Origin: a virus
Reading direction: 5' to 3' (one strand)
IMG/VR virus record: IMGVR_UViG_3300002091_000003
DNA length: 51,710 nt
Positions 1 through 8,435 of this stretch are shown in pieces; position 1 is the stretch's first letter, and each line of letters begins with the position of its first letter. The notes below the pieces were generated by a model that did no database searches, was not told the DNA's origin, and worked only from the letters and a program-made list of their open reading frames with translations. Position numbers and translations under genes: made by a program.

Positions 1-101
1 TTCTTCATCCATCATTTGCTGATAGATGTTTTTAGGCTGTGATTGTTGTTGCTCTTGCTTCAGAAGATCCGAATACACATTTGGCTTACTGGCAACTGTA
101 G
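1..101. repeat. 101-bp terminal direct repeat identical to 51610..51710 (circular-closure overlap or terminal redundancy)
   Basis: Read directly: ttcttcatccatcatttgctg...ggcaactgtag occurs at both window ends with no mismatch. Confidence 0.95.
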
Positions 102-258
102 GAGACAAGGCTCCATATGCGTTTGCATCACTTGTATTTGGAGGAAGATTTAATGCCTCTCCATTAGGGCCAATATACGCTTCACTATTTGGAGCTACAG
201 CATTTTGAGAATCATTGCTGGATTCTTGTAGAAGCTGTTCATAAATATTCTTTGCCAT
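1..258 (-). CDS. N-terminal 86 codons of the giant virion protein (continues across the circular junction into 46963..51609)
   Basis: ATG at 258 preceded by in-frame TAA (265-267). No stop down to base 1. The frame matches ORF 46963..51687 through the 101-bp overlap. Confidence 0.65.
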   Translation of the reverse strand, partial: MAKNIYEQLLQESSNDSQNAVAPNSEAYIGPNGEALNLPPNTSDANAYGALSPTVASKPNVYSDLLKQEQQQSQPKNIYQQMMDEE

Positions 259-322
259 ATTCCGTTAAGAATACACATTACGCCATCATAGTGCCAGCGT
301 CAGTTTCGTCTTCTGTATCAGA

Positions 323-1225
323 TTAAACTGGTTGTTCTGCAACCATGCTGACATCTCCAGAATCAATGGCTCCAGTTTTTGGTTTAAGGTATTGATCAGC
401 AGCCCCTTCACCAAATAACGAATTAAACTGATCTTTTGTATTTGGATTCTTTTTAAGATAATCAATTAATTTTTGTGGAGGAGTAGCTGCACCTCCCCCT
501 CCTTGGACTGCTGGCAATACAGTTCCACCACTTCCACCACCAAGCTGGTCAAGTTCACTTTGCCATCCCTTTATCTTTTCTTGATCTGGCTTGCTAAACA
601 TATTCTTCTTGCCACTTTCAGTCTTAATATTGTTTTTAAGCGTATTAATCTTTTGAGCCGTTGAAAAATCTGGGGCTGACATGGATGGGTCTTCTCCCGC
701 TGATCCAGTTGGAAACTGTGAAAGAGATCCCTTCAATTGATCCATTTGTTGTTTAGCCCTATTGTAGCCAAGAGAGTCACCTTTTCTAGCGGCATCATCC
801 ATCTTCATTTGAAGATCCTCTTGCATAGCCTTTGCTGCTTTAAGTTGGACGGGAGTAAGTGGCTTGATCGCACCAGACATCCTAGCTCCGATGTTTGCAT
901 ATGTCCTCAAATTGTGCATGACTTGCTGGTTAGCCATGTTTGCCATACTAACAGCATGGTTTGCCATAGGAGCAAGTAGGGGGTTTTGAGAAGCAACCAT
1001 GCTTGCTTGATAAATATTACTCAATCCCTCTGGATGACCAGATGCAATTAAACCCATGCCCGTCTGATACTGCTGCTGAAGCATTGGAAGCATTGCTTGC
1101 GCCGATTGAGTAGCGGCATGATTCTCAATAGCACTAGAGATTTGCTTGCCAAGTCCAAGCATACTATTGACAACCGATTGGTTGCCCTGCTGGATGTTTG
1201 AAAAATTTGCGTATCCTATAGCCAT
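323..1225 (-). CDS. Gln/Gly/Ala/Met-rich low-complexity protein, putative internal (ejection) virion protein
   Basis: 300-aa ORF in the late arm just upstream of the giant protein gene. Q-rich composition with a GGGSGG linker. Function inferred from position only. Confidence 0.5.
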   Translation of the reverse strand: MAIGYANFSNIQQGNQSVVNSMLGLGKQISSAIENHAATQSAQAMLPMLQQQYQTGMGLIASGHPEGLSNIYQASMVASQNPLLAPMANHAVSMANMANQQVMHNLRTYANIGARMSGAIKPLTPVQLKAAKAMQEDLQMKMDDAARKGDSLGYNRAKQQMDQLKGSLSQFPTGSAGEDPSMSAPDFSTAQKINTLKNNIKTESGKKNMFSKPDQEKIKGWQSELDQLGGGSGGTVLPAVQGGGGAATPPQKLIDYLKKNPNTKDQFNSLFGEGAADQYLKPKTGAIDSGDVSMVAEQPV

Positions 1226-1237
1226 ATTGTTAATTGA

Positions 1238-2215
1238 TTACATTCCAGCAAATGGATTTCCAGAATAGTTTAATCCTGTTCCCACATTGGCAACACTAGA
1301 AAATGACGGTGTTCCATATATCGCTGGCAACGATGATTGTTGCGCTCCAAACCCAGTGGAAGCAAGTGGTGTTGAATATCCAGTTCCCATTGTTGGTGAT
1401 CCAGACAAATTGCCAAGGTTATTAAGATAGCTTGCTTGGTTCATTGAATTCATTACTCCAAGACCCATGCTTGCTCCTCCCAATCCAGCATTGATAGCTT
1501 GTTGGTTTTGCATTTGCTGTGCTTGGTATTGATTCATTTGGGCTTGATACTGGTTTTCAGCCACACCCATGCCAAGTTGTGCAGTACCCATTACTTGTTG
1601 GTTTCCAAGCTGACCAGCACTCAAGGCTAATTGCGCTCCAGCAGTTGGGGAAACAACCATGCTGTTGGCAAGCTGTTGCCAAGTAGGTGCAGCACTTAAT
1701 CCGTATTGGGAAAGACCAAGGGAGGTTTGCCCGATGTTCCTAGCAAAAGCAGAGGGAGCTTGTCCTCCACCAGTAAAGGGATTGTAGCCACCACCCAAGG
1801 ATTGAGCAATTGCTCTCTGGGTATTCTGTTGAACATCCATTGGCACTTGGCCTTGGATATAGGAATTAAGTTGGTTTTGAGCCAATCCCCTTTGTGCTTG
1901 GGAGCCTGGAGTTACTTTGTTCTGAAGAGCAATATTTTGAGCCGTTCCTTGTTGAGCAAACAACTTGGAGAAATCCAGCATATTCTGCTGTTGCTCTTGC
2001 TGTGTGTTTGCAAACTGTTGTGCGTTTGGAAGGTATTGCGCCCCCGTGTATGCGCCAGCACCAGGGGGTTTATTCAGTTGAGATAACCCATAAGAAGCTC
2101 CTCCTGCCAATGCTCCAACAGCAACAGTAGTTCCAATCGTTGCAAGGGTTTCATATACTGGCATTTTTTGATGCCTGTATTCAGAAAGTGTTTGTGGAGG
2201 AGTTAAGAAACGCAT
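1238..2215 (-). CDS. Gln/Asn/Gly-rich low-complexity protein, putative internal virion protein
   Basis: 325-aa ORF with a hydrophobic N-terminal segment (TIGTTVAVGALAGGASYG) followed by Q/N/G-rich sequence (NQYQAQMNQYQAQQMQNQQ). Confidence 0.5.
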   Translation of the reverse strand: MRFLTPPQTLSEYRHQKMPVYETLATIGTTVAVGALAGGASYGLSQLNKPPGAGAYTGAQYLPNAQQFANTQQEQQQNMLDFSKLFAQQGTAQNIALQNKVTPGSQAQRGLAQNQLNSYIQGQVPMDVQQNTQRAIAQSLGGGYNPFTGGGQAPSAFARNIGQTSLGLSQYGLSAAPTWQQLANSMVVSPTAGAQLALSAGQLGNQQVMGTAQLGMGVAENQYQAQMNQYQAQQMQNQQAINAGLGGASMGLGVMNSMNQASYLNNLGNLSGSPTMGTGYSTPLASTGFGAQQSSLPAIYGTPSFSSVANVGTGLNYSGNPFAGM

Positions 2216-2706
2216 GGCAATTCAAGTTCTTTATTTATCAAGCTAGGACTTATATCAGATTTCCATTGATTAAATCTAGGATCATTTTTATCAATCAAGG
2301 GATTATCAGTCCTTTCAGAGATATTTAATACAATTTCATCTGGGTTTTCAATATTTTCTGGGTTTGCATGGCAAGTTACCCAAGTAGTATCTTCAATATT
2401 GTATAGAAATCTTTTGGTGTTAGGTTTGGTTACACCATTATCGCCACCTTGATATAGTGCCTCTTGGACAAAGCCACCATCTTCGCCCTCTTTTAGGACG
2501 GCAACCTTACCACTTAAAATAAAGAAAGGGTGTGTTGTTTTATGCTTCATGGAAACAACATAGGTTCCTGCTGGCATGAATATCTTGCGAGTATACAGGC
2601 CTGGGGTAAAAGTATGCTCCAAAGGAAGATCAACCTTTGGGTGATTCCCTAACTCTGCTTCAATCCTATCAATGGCAGAAACTTTAGATAGTTCTAGTTC
2701 TTCCAT
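2203..2706 (-). CDS. hypothetical protein, possibly cupin-like beta-barrel
   Basis: ATG at 2706 lies 1 nt after the TAA of the upstream gene (2708). Beta-rich core GTYVVSMKHKTTHPFFILSGKVAV. The fold call is weak. Confidence 0.4.
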   Translation of the reverse strand: MEELELSKVSAIDRIEAELGNHPKVDLPLEHTFTPGLYTRKIFMPAGTYVVSMKHKTTHPFFILSGKVAVLKEGEDGGFVQEALYQGGDNGVTKPNTKRFLYNIEDTTWVTCHANPENIENPDEIVLNISERTDNPLIDKNDPRFNQWKSDISPSLINKELELPCVS

Positions 2707-2707
2707 T

Positions 2708-3715
2708 TTAGTAAGGCCATGAAGCACCGTCATCCCAAGCATATGTTGGAACAAGAGCATTAAGCATCATGTTGTTTTGGAACTGACGGATAACACTACC
2801 AGTAGGTTCTTCTTGGTCAGCAGTTTCTCTGTTTACCTCAAAGATAGCATTCTGTAAAGATTTGGCATAAAGCTCATCACTTCCCTTGTTCTCACGGTAG
2901 ACAACTGCCATTACAGCAGAGATCATTGCCTCTGGTGTAAACTCTACTTGCTCTGTCAGATTGACAAGATCGTAGTAATTTTTCTTGCAGTATAGGATCA
3001 CTGAATCCCTAACCCTTCCTTGGATGGCATACTTTCGGAAGGATGGATTGACATCATAAGGCTGGAATACAGATAGAAGCATCCTTGCGCTATTGTCTGG
3101 GTCATAGGCGTAAAGCCTCACCCTTCCATTGGTTTGAGCCTTGGTACAGGCAAAAGTTGTCTTAAAGAAGCCCGTGGAATAAGAGAATTTAGGGGGCATA
3201 TCCAGCGTCAGTGTTTCACTGACACGGGTTCCGTAGGCATCCTCGCCAAAGAAAGTAATCTCCTTACCAGCATCAAGAGGAGATTCTGCCTCTACTGCCA
3301 GCCTGTAGGGAGCGAGTTCATAGTTCTGGAAGGTAATATGTTTGCCGCCAATCTCGACAAACTTCTTATTGCCACCATTCCATCCATAGGCTTGTCCCCA
3401 ACCGTTGCCGTATCCACCACTGGAAGCGTCTCCCCATGTTGTTTGAGGAATAGACTGATACCACTCATTGCCAAGGGAAACAGGATTCCCATCAATCCAA
3501 GCGATACGAACTTGCTTGTATAGGCTAGGAAGCGTGAGGATGCCCTCTACGCACTTGATGCACACATATTCGCAAGTAGCATCTGTATCCGTTTTATTCC
3601 AGAGCAGGCTCCTAGCCTTGTTCATATACTTCAATTGCAGAGCTTGGTTACAAGTTCCGCTATTGCCAGCGTATGGACGAATGTCTTCTAGGATTTTAGC
3701 AACATCAAAGAGCAT
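2708..3715 (-). CDS. virion structural protein (hypothetical, tail/adaptor region)
   Basis: 335-aa ORF tightly packed in the late operon. No recognisable motif. Confidence 0.55.
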   Translation of the reverse strand: MLFDVAKILEDIRPYAGNSGTCNQALQLKYMNKARSLLWNKTDTDATCEYVCIKCVEGILTLPSLYKQVRIAWIDGNPVSLGNEWYQSIPQTTWGDASSGGYGNGWGQAYGWNGGNKKFVEIGGKHITFQNYELAPYRLAVEAESPLDAGKEITFFGEDAYGTRVSETLTLDMPPKFSYSTGFFKTTFACTKAQTNGRVRLYAYDPDNSARMLLSVFQPYDVNPSFRKYAIQGRVRDSVILYCKKNYYDLVNLTEQVEFTPEAMISAVMAVVYRENKGSDELYAKSLQNAIFEVNRETADQEEPTGSVIRQFQNNMMLNALVPTYAWDDGASWPY

Positions 3716-3717
3716 GA

Positions 3718-3876
3718 TTATTTCATTGAGGTTCCACGACCGATGCCCTTGCCTGTAGCATAGCCACGGGCAACGGCTTTAGATGGGCCAGTTTGCTTCT
3801 TCATAGCACCCATTTTCAGAGAGGGGGAAGATTTTGCTTTAAGCATCTTCTCCCTCATCGTCTTTTGGGTAGCCAT
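3718..3876 (-). CDS. tiny basic protein (52 aa, MATQKTMREKML...)
   Basis: ATG at 3876 sits in a TAATATG stop-start junction with the upstream ORF. Lys/Gly/Ser-rich. Replaces the longer tracked ORF 3718..4086. Confidence 0.4.
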   Translation of the reverse strand: MATQKTMREKMLKAKSSPSLKMGAMKKQTGPSKAVARGYATGKGIGRGTSMK

Positions 3877-3877
3877 A

Positions 3878-4123
3878 TTACAGCCAATCGCAATTAAACG
3901 GAGTACCACGACCCATAGCAGTCTCATTAGCGGGGCCACCAACAGAAAATGCTTTCTGGGTTTTCTCACCAATGGCTTTGATACGGGCGGTACTAGCGTC
4001 CTTGTATGCGCGGATAGCAGCAATATCGTTCTTGAGAGCCATTCTCTGCATTGGTTGCGGAGTAGGCGACTCGGAAACGATACCACGCTCCGTATAGTCG
4101 TGCGTGTATTGTTCGCCAGCCAT
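3878..4123 (-). CDS. small hypothetical protein (81 aa, MAGEQYTHDY...)
   Basis: An internal ATG at 4123 of tracked ORF 3878..4192 sits in a TAATATG junction after the stop of the 4125..4304 ORF. Confidence 0.45.
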   Translation of the reverse strand: MAGEQYTHDYTERGIVSESPTPQPMQRMALKNDIAAIRAYKDASTARIKAIGEKTQKAFSVGGPANETAMGRGTPFNCDWL

Positions 4124-4124
4124 A

Positions 4125-4304
4125 TTACTTTTTCCCGCTGCGACCAGGGGAGCTAGGTTCGGGTTGGAGCTTACCAGAATAGAAGATGCCATTGAACGCA
4201 GTCCCTTTAGGGCTGTTGCTCATGCCTTCCTTGATAGTTCCGCGAGTTGAGAAACCTTCACTTTGAAGTTTTGGTTCCGTTCCTTGGGTTGTGTTTTTAG
4301 CCAT
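4125..4304 (-). CDS. tiny hypothetical protein (59 aa, MAKNTTQGTEPK...)
   Basis: Hand-translated ORF below the 60-aa track cutoff. It fills the otherwise empty 4193-4322 gap. No SD. Confidence 0.35.
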   Translation of the reverse strand: MAKNTTQGTEPKLQSEGFSTRGTIKEGMSNSPKGTAFNGIFYSGKLQPEPSSPGRSGKK

Positions 4305-4322
4305 ATGTTTTTGGGGTTGAGG

Positions 4323-4811
4323 TTAGATTGAGGGGATACTAAATACTGACCATTGAATAGAAGTGATTTTGTCGTTTGTAACAATGTTGGAATAGAAAGT
4401 AAATCCAGTTGCAGTTTGTGTTCCGTCTGCCAAAGACCAATTAAATCCAGTTGTCGAAGGGGTGCTTCCTGCAACAAATGTCAACGCAATCTGATAAGAT
4501 GCAGACGGCATTGCGGTTGGAAGAGAAACAGCATAAGTTCCAAGCCCAATAGTAATTGAATTAATCGTTCCTGTTTGACCAGCAATTTTACTAGAAAATG
4601 CATCAATCTGGTTTTGGATAGATTGAACGCTCTGCTGAATCGTAGTAATCTGCTGCGCAGTTACTTGCCCAAGGCCAGGGATATTAACCGTGGAGTTGTT
4701 AAGGAAAAGTGTCTGATAATTGTTAAAGACATCAGACCAACTTCCAGAAGGACACCAATTCGACGGAATGGTTGGAGACAGGATTTCTACTGGAGATGCT
4801 TGATTTTGCAC
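4323..4811 (-). CDS. hypothetical virion protein
   Basis: 162-aa ORF with a GTG start and AAGG 9 nt upstream. Lies in the late operon. Confidence 0.6.
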   Translation of the reverse strand: MQNQASPVEILSPTIPSNWCPSGSWSDVFNNYQTLFLNNSTVNIPGLGQVTAQQITTIQQSVQSIQNQIDAFSSKIAGQTGTINSITIGLGTYAVSLPTAMPSASYQIALTFVAGSTPSTTGFNWSLADGTQTATGFTFYSNIVTNDKITSIQWSVFSIPSI

Positions 4812-4840
4812 GATTATTTACCTTTTAAACTATTTCTGTA

Positions 4841-7009
4841 TTATTGGAAAGTATTTACTTCAACTATGCGATAGTAATTTAGGTCATTTACAGGGCAGCA
4901 ATCAACTGGATTTGGGCCTTCAATCTCATCTATGGGGCAAGTGCCTTGTGGGAGATCAAGATTGTTGTTAAGATTTGCTGCTATCCTATACCTATCAACC
5001 GTTGCCGTTCCCTCTAATTGGACTTTGATTTGGAACTCGGCAGCTTCGGTTACAGGAATGCCAACCTCTGCTTCACAAGGAACCTCGTCTGGGGAAGTAA
5101 ACTTAATCTGGTTATAGCTAGGAAGATTAACTATTGGCATACAATCTGGAGCCAATGGTGTGCAGTAATCAAAGCCTTGGCCTACTTTTTCAAGTAAAGG
5201 GAAGTAGCAGGGATAATTGTCTGGTTTGAATTGAGCAGAAACATTGATATGCTCTGCAAAGTTGGATAGCCAGATGTCTCCACCGATGATCTGTTTGCGG
5301 ATAAATGGGGAAGATTTCTCTGACCATGTATGCCTCTTGGTAGTAAAAAAGCTCTTGATTTTAACATTGCCAAGGTCAATGGAATAATCATCCCTGCCAG
5401 ATTGGATCAGTTCATAGATCCTATTGACATTATCTTGGTCAAAGGAAAACACGAATGCCCTTTGGACAGAGTTAATTTGAGCCGTGATCAATTGCGTAGG
5501 TTGTGGCCCCTCCCATAAGCCATCCCACCTAAAAGGAAGTCCAGCATTGGGTGCGTCTTGGGCAACGCGATCTACATCCAGAACGATCATTCCCCTATGT
5601 GGACGGTGAAGACCAACAACAGACGGGCTTCCTGTGGATACAGTAAAAGGAGATACGGTAGCAATAATGCGGTTATCAAAAAACATACCGCTGGCAAATT
5701 GCCTCATCCATCCAGTATCTTGATTGACCCAATAGTTCATCTCCCTAGAGATTTTCCTAAAGCCAAGACCACTGGAGAAGTCTACTTGGGAGTTGTTATA
5801 CAAAGCCCACCCATCATCAGAACGGAAGTATGTTTCGTTGTTGATGCCAGTTACACTCCACGGTGATCGGCATCCCCTGCCAATAAGGGAAACCTTCTGG
5901 ATATTGTTTGCTTGCCAAGTTGTTCTAGGTTGGGATAGATCAAGGGTAAAGCAGCCTCGTTCGCAAAATATTACAAGCTCACCCTGTCCTCGCACATTGA
6001 TATTGAGGGATGACATAACCCTCATGCCAGTAATCAGACCAAGGTTTGCAGGGGGAGTAAAAGATCCTCCTTCAGCCCAATAAGTCTGCTCTGTAAAGTT
6101 TTGGGTATTGGAAGTATCCGTAAAACCATTTCCATAAATGATGTCAGAAATATAAATGTTGTTATTTGCATCACTGACGGCAACCCGTCCATAGGCATAT
6201 GCCATGATGGTTCCTATTGGCATCTGTTGCTTAAAAGGATTCAGCCTAAAAATTGAATTGGGGGTTGCAGCCGTCTTGGTTGCTTTGTCTACAGATGTGG
6301 TTGCTGTATTAGACCAAGGAGTAAAAGAACCATCTGGATAAACGCTTCTTACTTGGAATGTGTAAAGCGTAGACGAAGCATCAACTATATATGTATATGA
6401 CTCTTGATCTATTGGAACAACAGCAGTTGTATAAAAGGGGCTAGTTCCAGATTGAACTTGGATCTCTGTGCTTTTTGCTCCCTTGGCATTTGCCGTCCAA
6501 GTCAGATTAATGTTTGCCGTTATTTGTCCTTGCGCCTGTAAGTTTGTGGGCTTGCCAGAAAGATCGCCGTCCCATGCAATAGCATCTTGGTATCCGTTTT
6601 GGATATACACCCAATTCTCGGCTTGAACAAACCATGTATGCATCATGGATGGATCATTTCCATCAATAAGTTTATACAAATACCCAATGCCATTTATTAT
6701 GGCGATATAGTAAATAACACCAGCAACAGAACAGATTATTCCATCTTTGCCACCAGAGGATATGGTTGTATATTGGAGCGCACCTTGGAAGTTTCCAGAT
6801 TGGAAATCAGCCAAGATTGTTTCGTCTTGCCCGTAAGCAACTTGAATATCAAGCTGGATAAAGGGAGGTCGAGTAGCATTTGTTGCGCTCCTAAATGCCC
6901 TATTGACCGCTGTAGACAGAAACCCGTCTGGTAAGTACGAAGGGTTTGTGTCCCTATCACAAGCTAAAGTGAGGGTCTGACCAGCAAAGACTCTCCCATC
7001 TTGAGACAT
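4841..7009 (-). CDS. large tail structural protein with an FN3-like insert (nozzle/tubular-B-like candidate)
   Basis: 722 aa. The segment LTWTANAKGAKSTEIQVQ...YTFQVRSVYPDGSFTPWSN resembles a fibronectin type III domain. Role inferred from size and position. Confidence 0.5.
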   Translation of the reverse strand: MSQDGRVFAGQTLTLACDRDTNPSYLPDGFLSTAVNRAFRSATNATRPPFIQLDIQVAYGQDETILADFQSGNFQGALQYTTISSGGKDGIICSVAGVIYYIAIINGIGYLYKLIDGNDPSMMHTWFVQAENWVYIQNGYQDAIAWDGDLSGKPTNLQAQGQITANINLTWTANAKGAKSTEIQVQSGTSPFYTTAVVPIDQESYTYIVDASSTLYTFQVRSVYPDGSFTPWSNTATTSVDKATKTAATPNSIFRLNPFKQQMPIGTIMAYAYGRVAVSDANNNIYISDIIYGNGFTDTSNTQNFTEQTYWAEGGSFTPPANLGLITGMRVMSSLNINVRGQGELVIFCERGCFTLDLSQPRTTWQANNIQKVSLIGRGCRSPWSVTGINNETYFRSDDGWALYNNSQVDFSSGLGFRKISREMNYWVNQDTGWMRQFASGMFFDNRIIATVSPFTVSTGSPSVVGLHRPHRGMIVLDVDRVAQDAPNAGLPFRWDGLWEGPQPTQLITAQINSVQRAFVFSFDQDNVNRIYELIQSGRDDYSIDLGNVKIKSFFTTKRHTWSEKSSPFIRKQIIGGDIWLSNFAEHINVSAQFKPDNYPCYFPLLEKVGQGFDYCTPLAPDCMPIVNLPSYNQIKFTSPDEVPCEAEVGIPVTEAAEFQIKVQLEGTATVDRYRIAANLNNNLDLPQGTCPIDEIEGPNPVDCCPVNDLNYYRIVEVNTFQ

Positions 7010-7010
7010 A

Positions 7011-8423
7011 TTAGAAAATGCTTAATTTAAATCCAATAATGGAAAGCGTCGATGTTACAGAATAGGCGACATCTTGATTGATATTATAAAAAGAAGAACC
7101 ATTTGGAACAAAGCATTCAAAGTTAATAGAAGAAGCGTATGTTCCGCTAGTTGAATAGAACGCTGCGCCATATGTTTCATTGGATTGAGGAACTACAGTT
7201 TGTGTGCCAGATGTTGGCGAACTAGATCCAAAGTCACTAATTTGAATTGTTACCTTTGGAGTTACTGCTCCATTTTGGAAGAAATTTAGTGTTGCTTGGT
7301 TTACAACTGTTGAAGATGGCAAAAATGAAGTAAGTGGGCCGCTATAATAAACAGGCAAACTTCCACCAGCGGGTATCGTTACAACAGAAACGGCATTGGA
7401 TTTTCCAAGATTAACATTTCTTCCCTGTTGGTTGTATTTTGTTGAAATTCCAGCAGTAGAAGAAGCATTGGTATAGAATAGCCCAATAAGCCTGTAGTAA
7501 TAATTGCCACCACTTGTAAAATTAACGGTAGATGGAATTGTTGGGCTTAAAGACGCAACTACATTAAACGCTGAAGTAACAGAGTTATAAATTGCATAAA
7601 CATAGAAATATTTATTTGTAAGAGTGCTTGTAACATCTACTGATCCAAGTCCAGCGGTTCCATAGATATTTAATGGGAATATACTACCATTTCCATTTTG
7701 AACAATCGCACTATTTGGAGAGGTATTAGAAAATGGTTGAAATACCAAACTTCCAAAACTTACATTAACAGTTGTTGTTGTAGCACCAATAAGGCTAATT
7801 GCCTGTGCATCAATAAAAGCTGGAGTAACAGCATTTGCAAAAACAGCAGAATTAGATTTCCATGTTAAAACTTGCCCTTCTGTACCATAGGCTTGAGAAA
7901 CAAGACCAGAAGCACCAGTTCCGCTTCCTGGCCTATAGACAACACCAGCATTTGGAACAATGCTCTCAATCGTACCCCAAGCAGTTGTGGCTCCTCCAGG
8001 GGCAACAACGGGGAATTGAGTTTCAGCAGAAAAGGATGGGTTGAATGCAACAAGCTGACCAGCAGGAGTGGTTCCTTGGATTGCCCCTACGGTTGAAGAT
8101 GAAGTTTGCCCATAAGAAGTGCCATCTGGATCGGCAATATATATAGGGGCATTAGAAGAACCATCAGCCCATGCCGTTAATCCGCTTGTTTTCCCGCTAT
8201 ATGCAAGAATGCTGCTTCCTTTTAAATTGGCAGCAGTTGGAGAAAAGGTAGGTACGGTATACTTGCAGGAAGCAGAATCCTCGCCAACAACGCGAACAAT
8301 GTTGCCCTCCCCCAAAGAAGAGCAAGTAGTGGGGAAGTTTGGGTTACAGGCAGGAGGTGCGTACTGGACAGTTCCTCCGCATCCGCATCCACCCATAGCA
8401 TTATAGTTATTGCAGCAAGACAT
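7011..8423 (-). CDS. tail fibre-like protein with a Cys-rich N-terminus
   Basis: 470 aa. N-terminus MSCCNNYNAMGGCGCGG, then WADGSSNAPIYI anchor-like motif, then Ser/Thr/Gly/Asn-rich beta-type sequence. Confidence 0.55.
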   Translation of the reverse strand: MSCCNNYNAMGGCGCGGTVQYAPPACNPNFPTTCSSLGEGNIVRVVGEDSASCKYTVPTFSPTAANLKGSSILAYSGKTSGLTAWADGSSNAPIYIADPDGTSYGQTSSSTVGAIQGTTPAGQLVAFNPSFSAETQFPVVAPGGATTAWGTIESIVPNAGVVYRPGSGTGASGLVSQAYGTEGQVLTWKSNSAVFANAVTPAFIDAQAISLIGATTTTVNVSFGSLVFQPFSNTSPNSAIVQNGNGSIFPLNIYGTAGLGSVDVTSTLTNKYFYVYAIYNSVTSAFNVVASLSPTIPSTVNFTSGGNYYYRLIGLFYTNASSTAGISTKYNQQGRNVNLGKSNAVSVVTIPAGGSLPVYYSGPLTSFLPSSTVVNQATLNFFQNGAVTPKVTIQISDFGSSSPTSGTQTVVPQSNETYGAAFYSTSGTYASSINFECFVPNGSSFYNINQDVAYSVTSTLSIIGFKLSIF

Positions 8424-8435
8424 AGTTTTAAGTGT

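Noticed and set aside
1-101. The 101-bp terminal repeat as a physical T7-like direct terminal repeat.
   Set aside because: It lies wholly inside a long ORF that reads through the junction in frame. This is more consistent with an assembly overlap of a circular or permuted genome, but it cannot be excluded without reads.
3718-4477. Tracked ORFs 3718..4086 (122 aa), 3878..4192 (104 aa full length) and 4220..4477 (85 aa).
   Set aside because: They overlap each other or the 162-aa gene in different frames. Trimming to the TAATATG-coupled internal starts gives a non-overlapping, better-packed solution.
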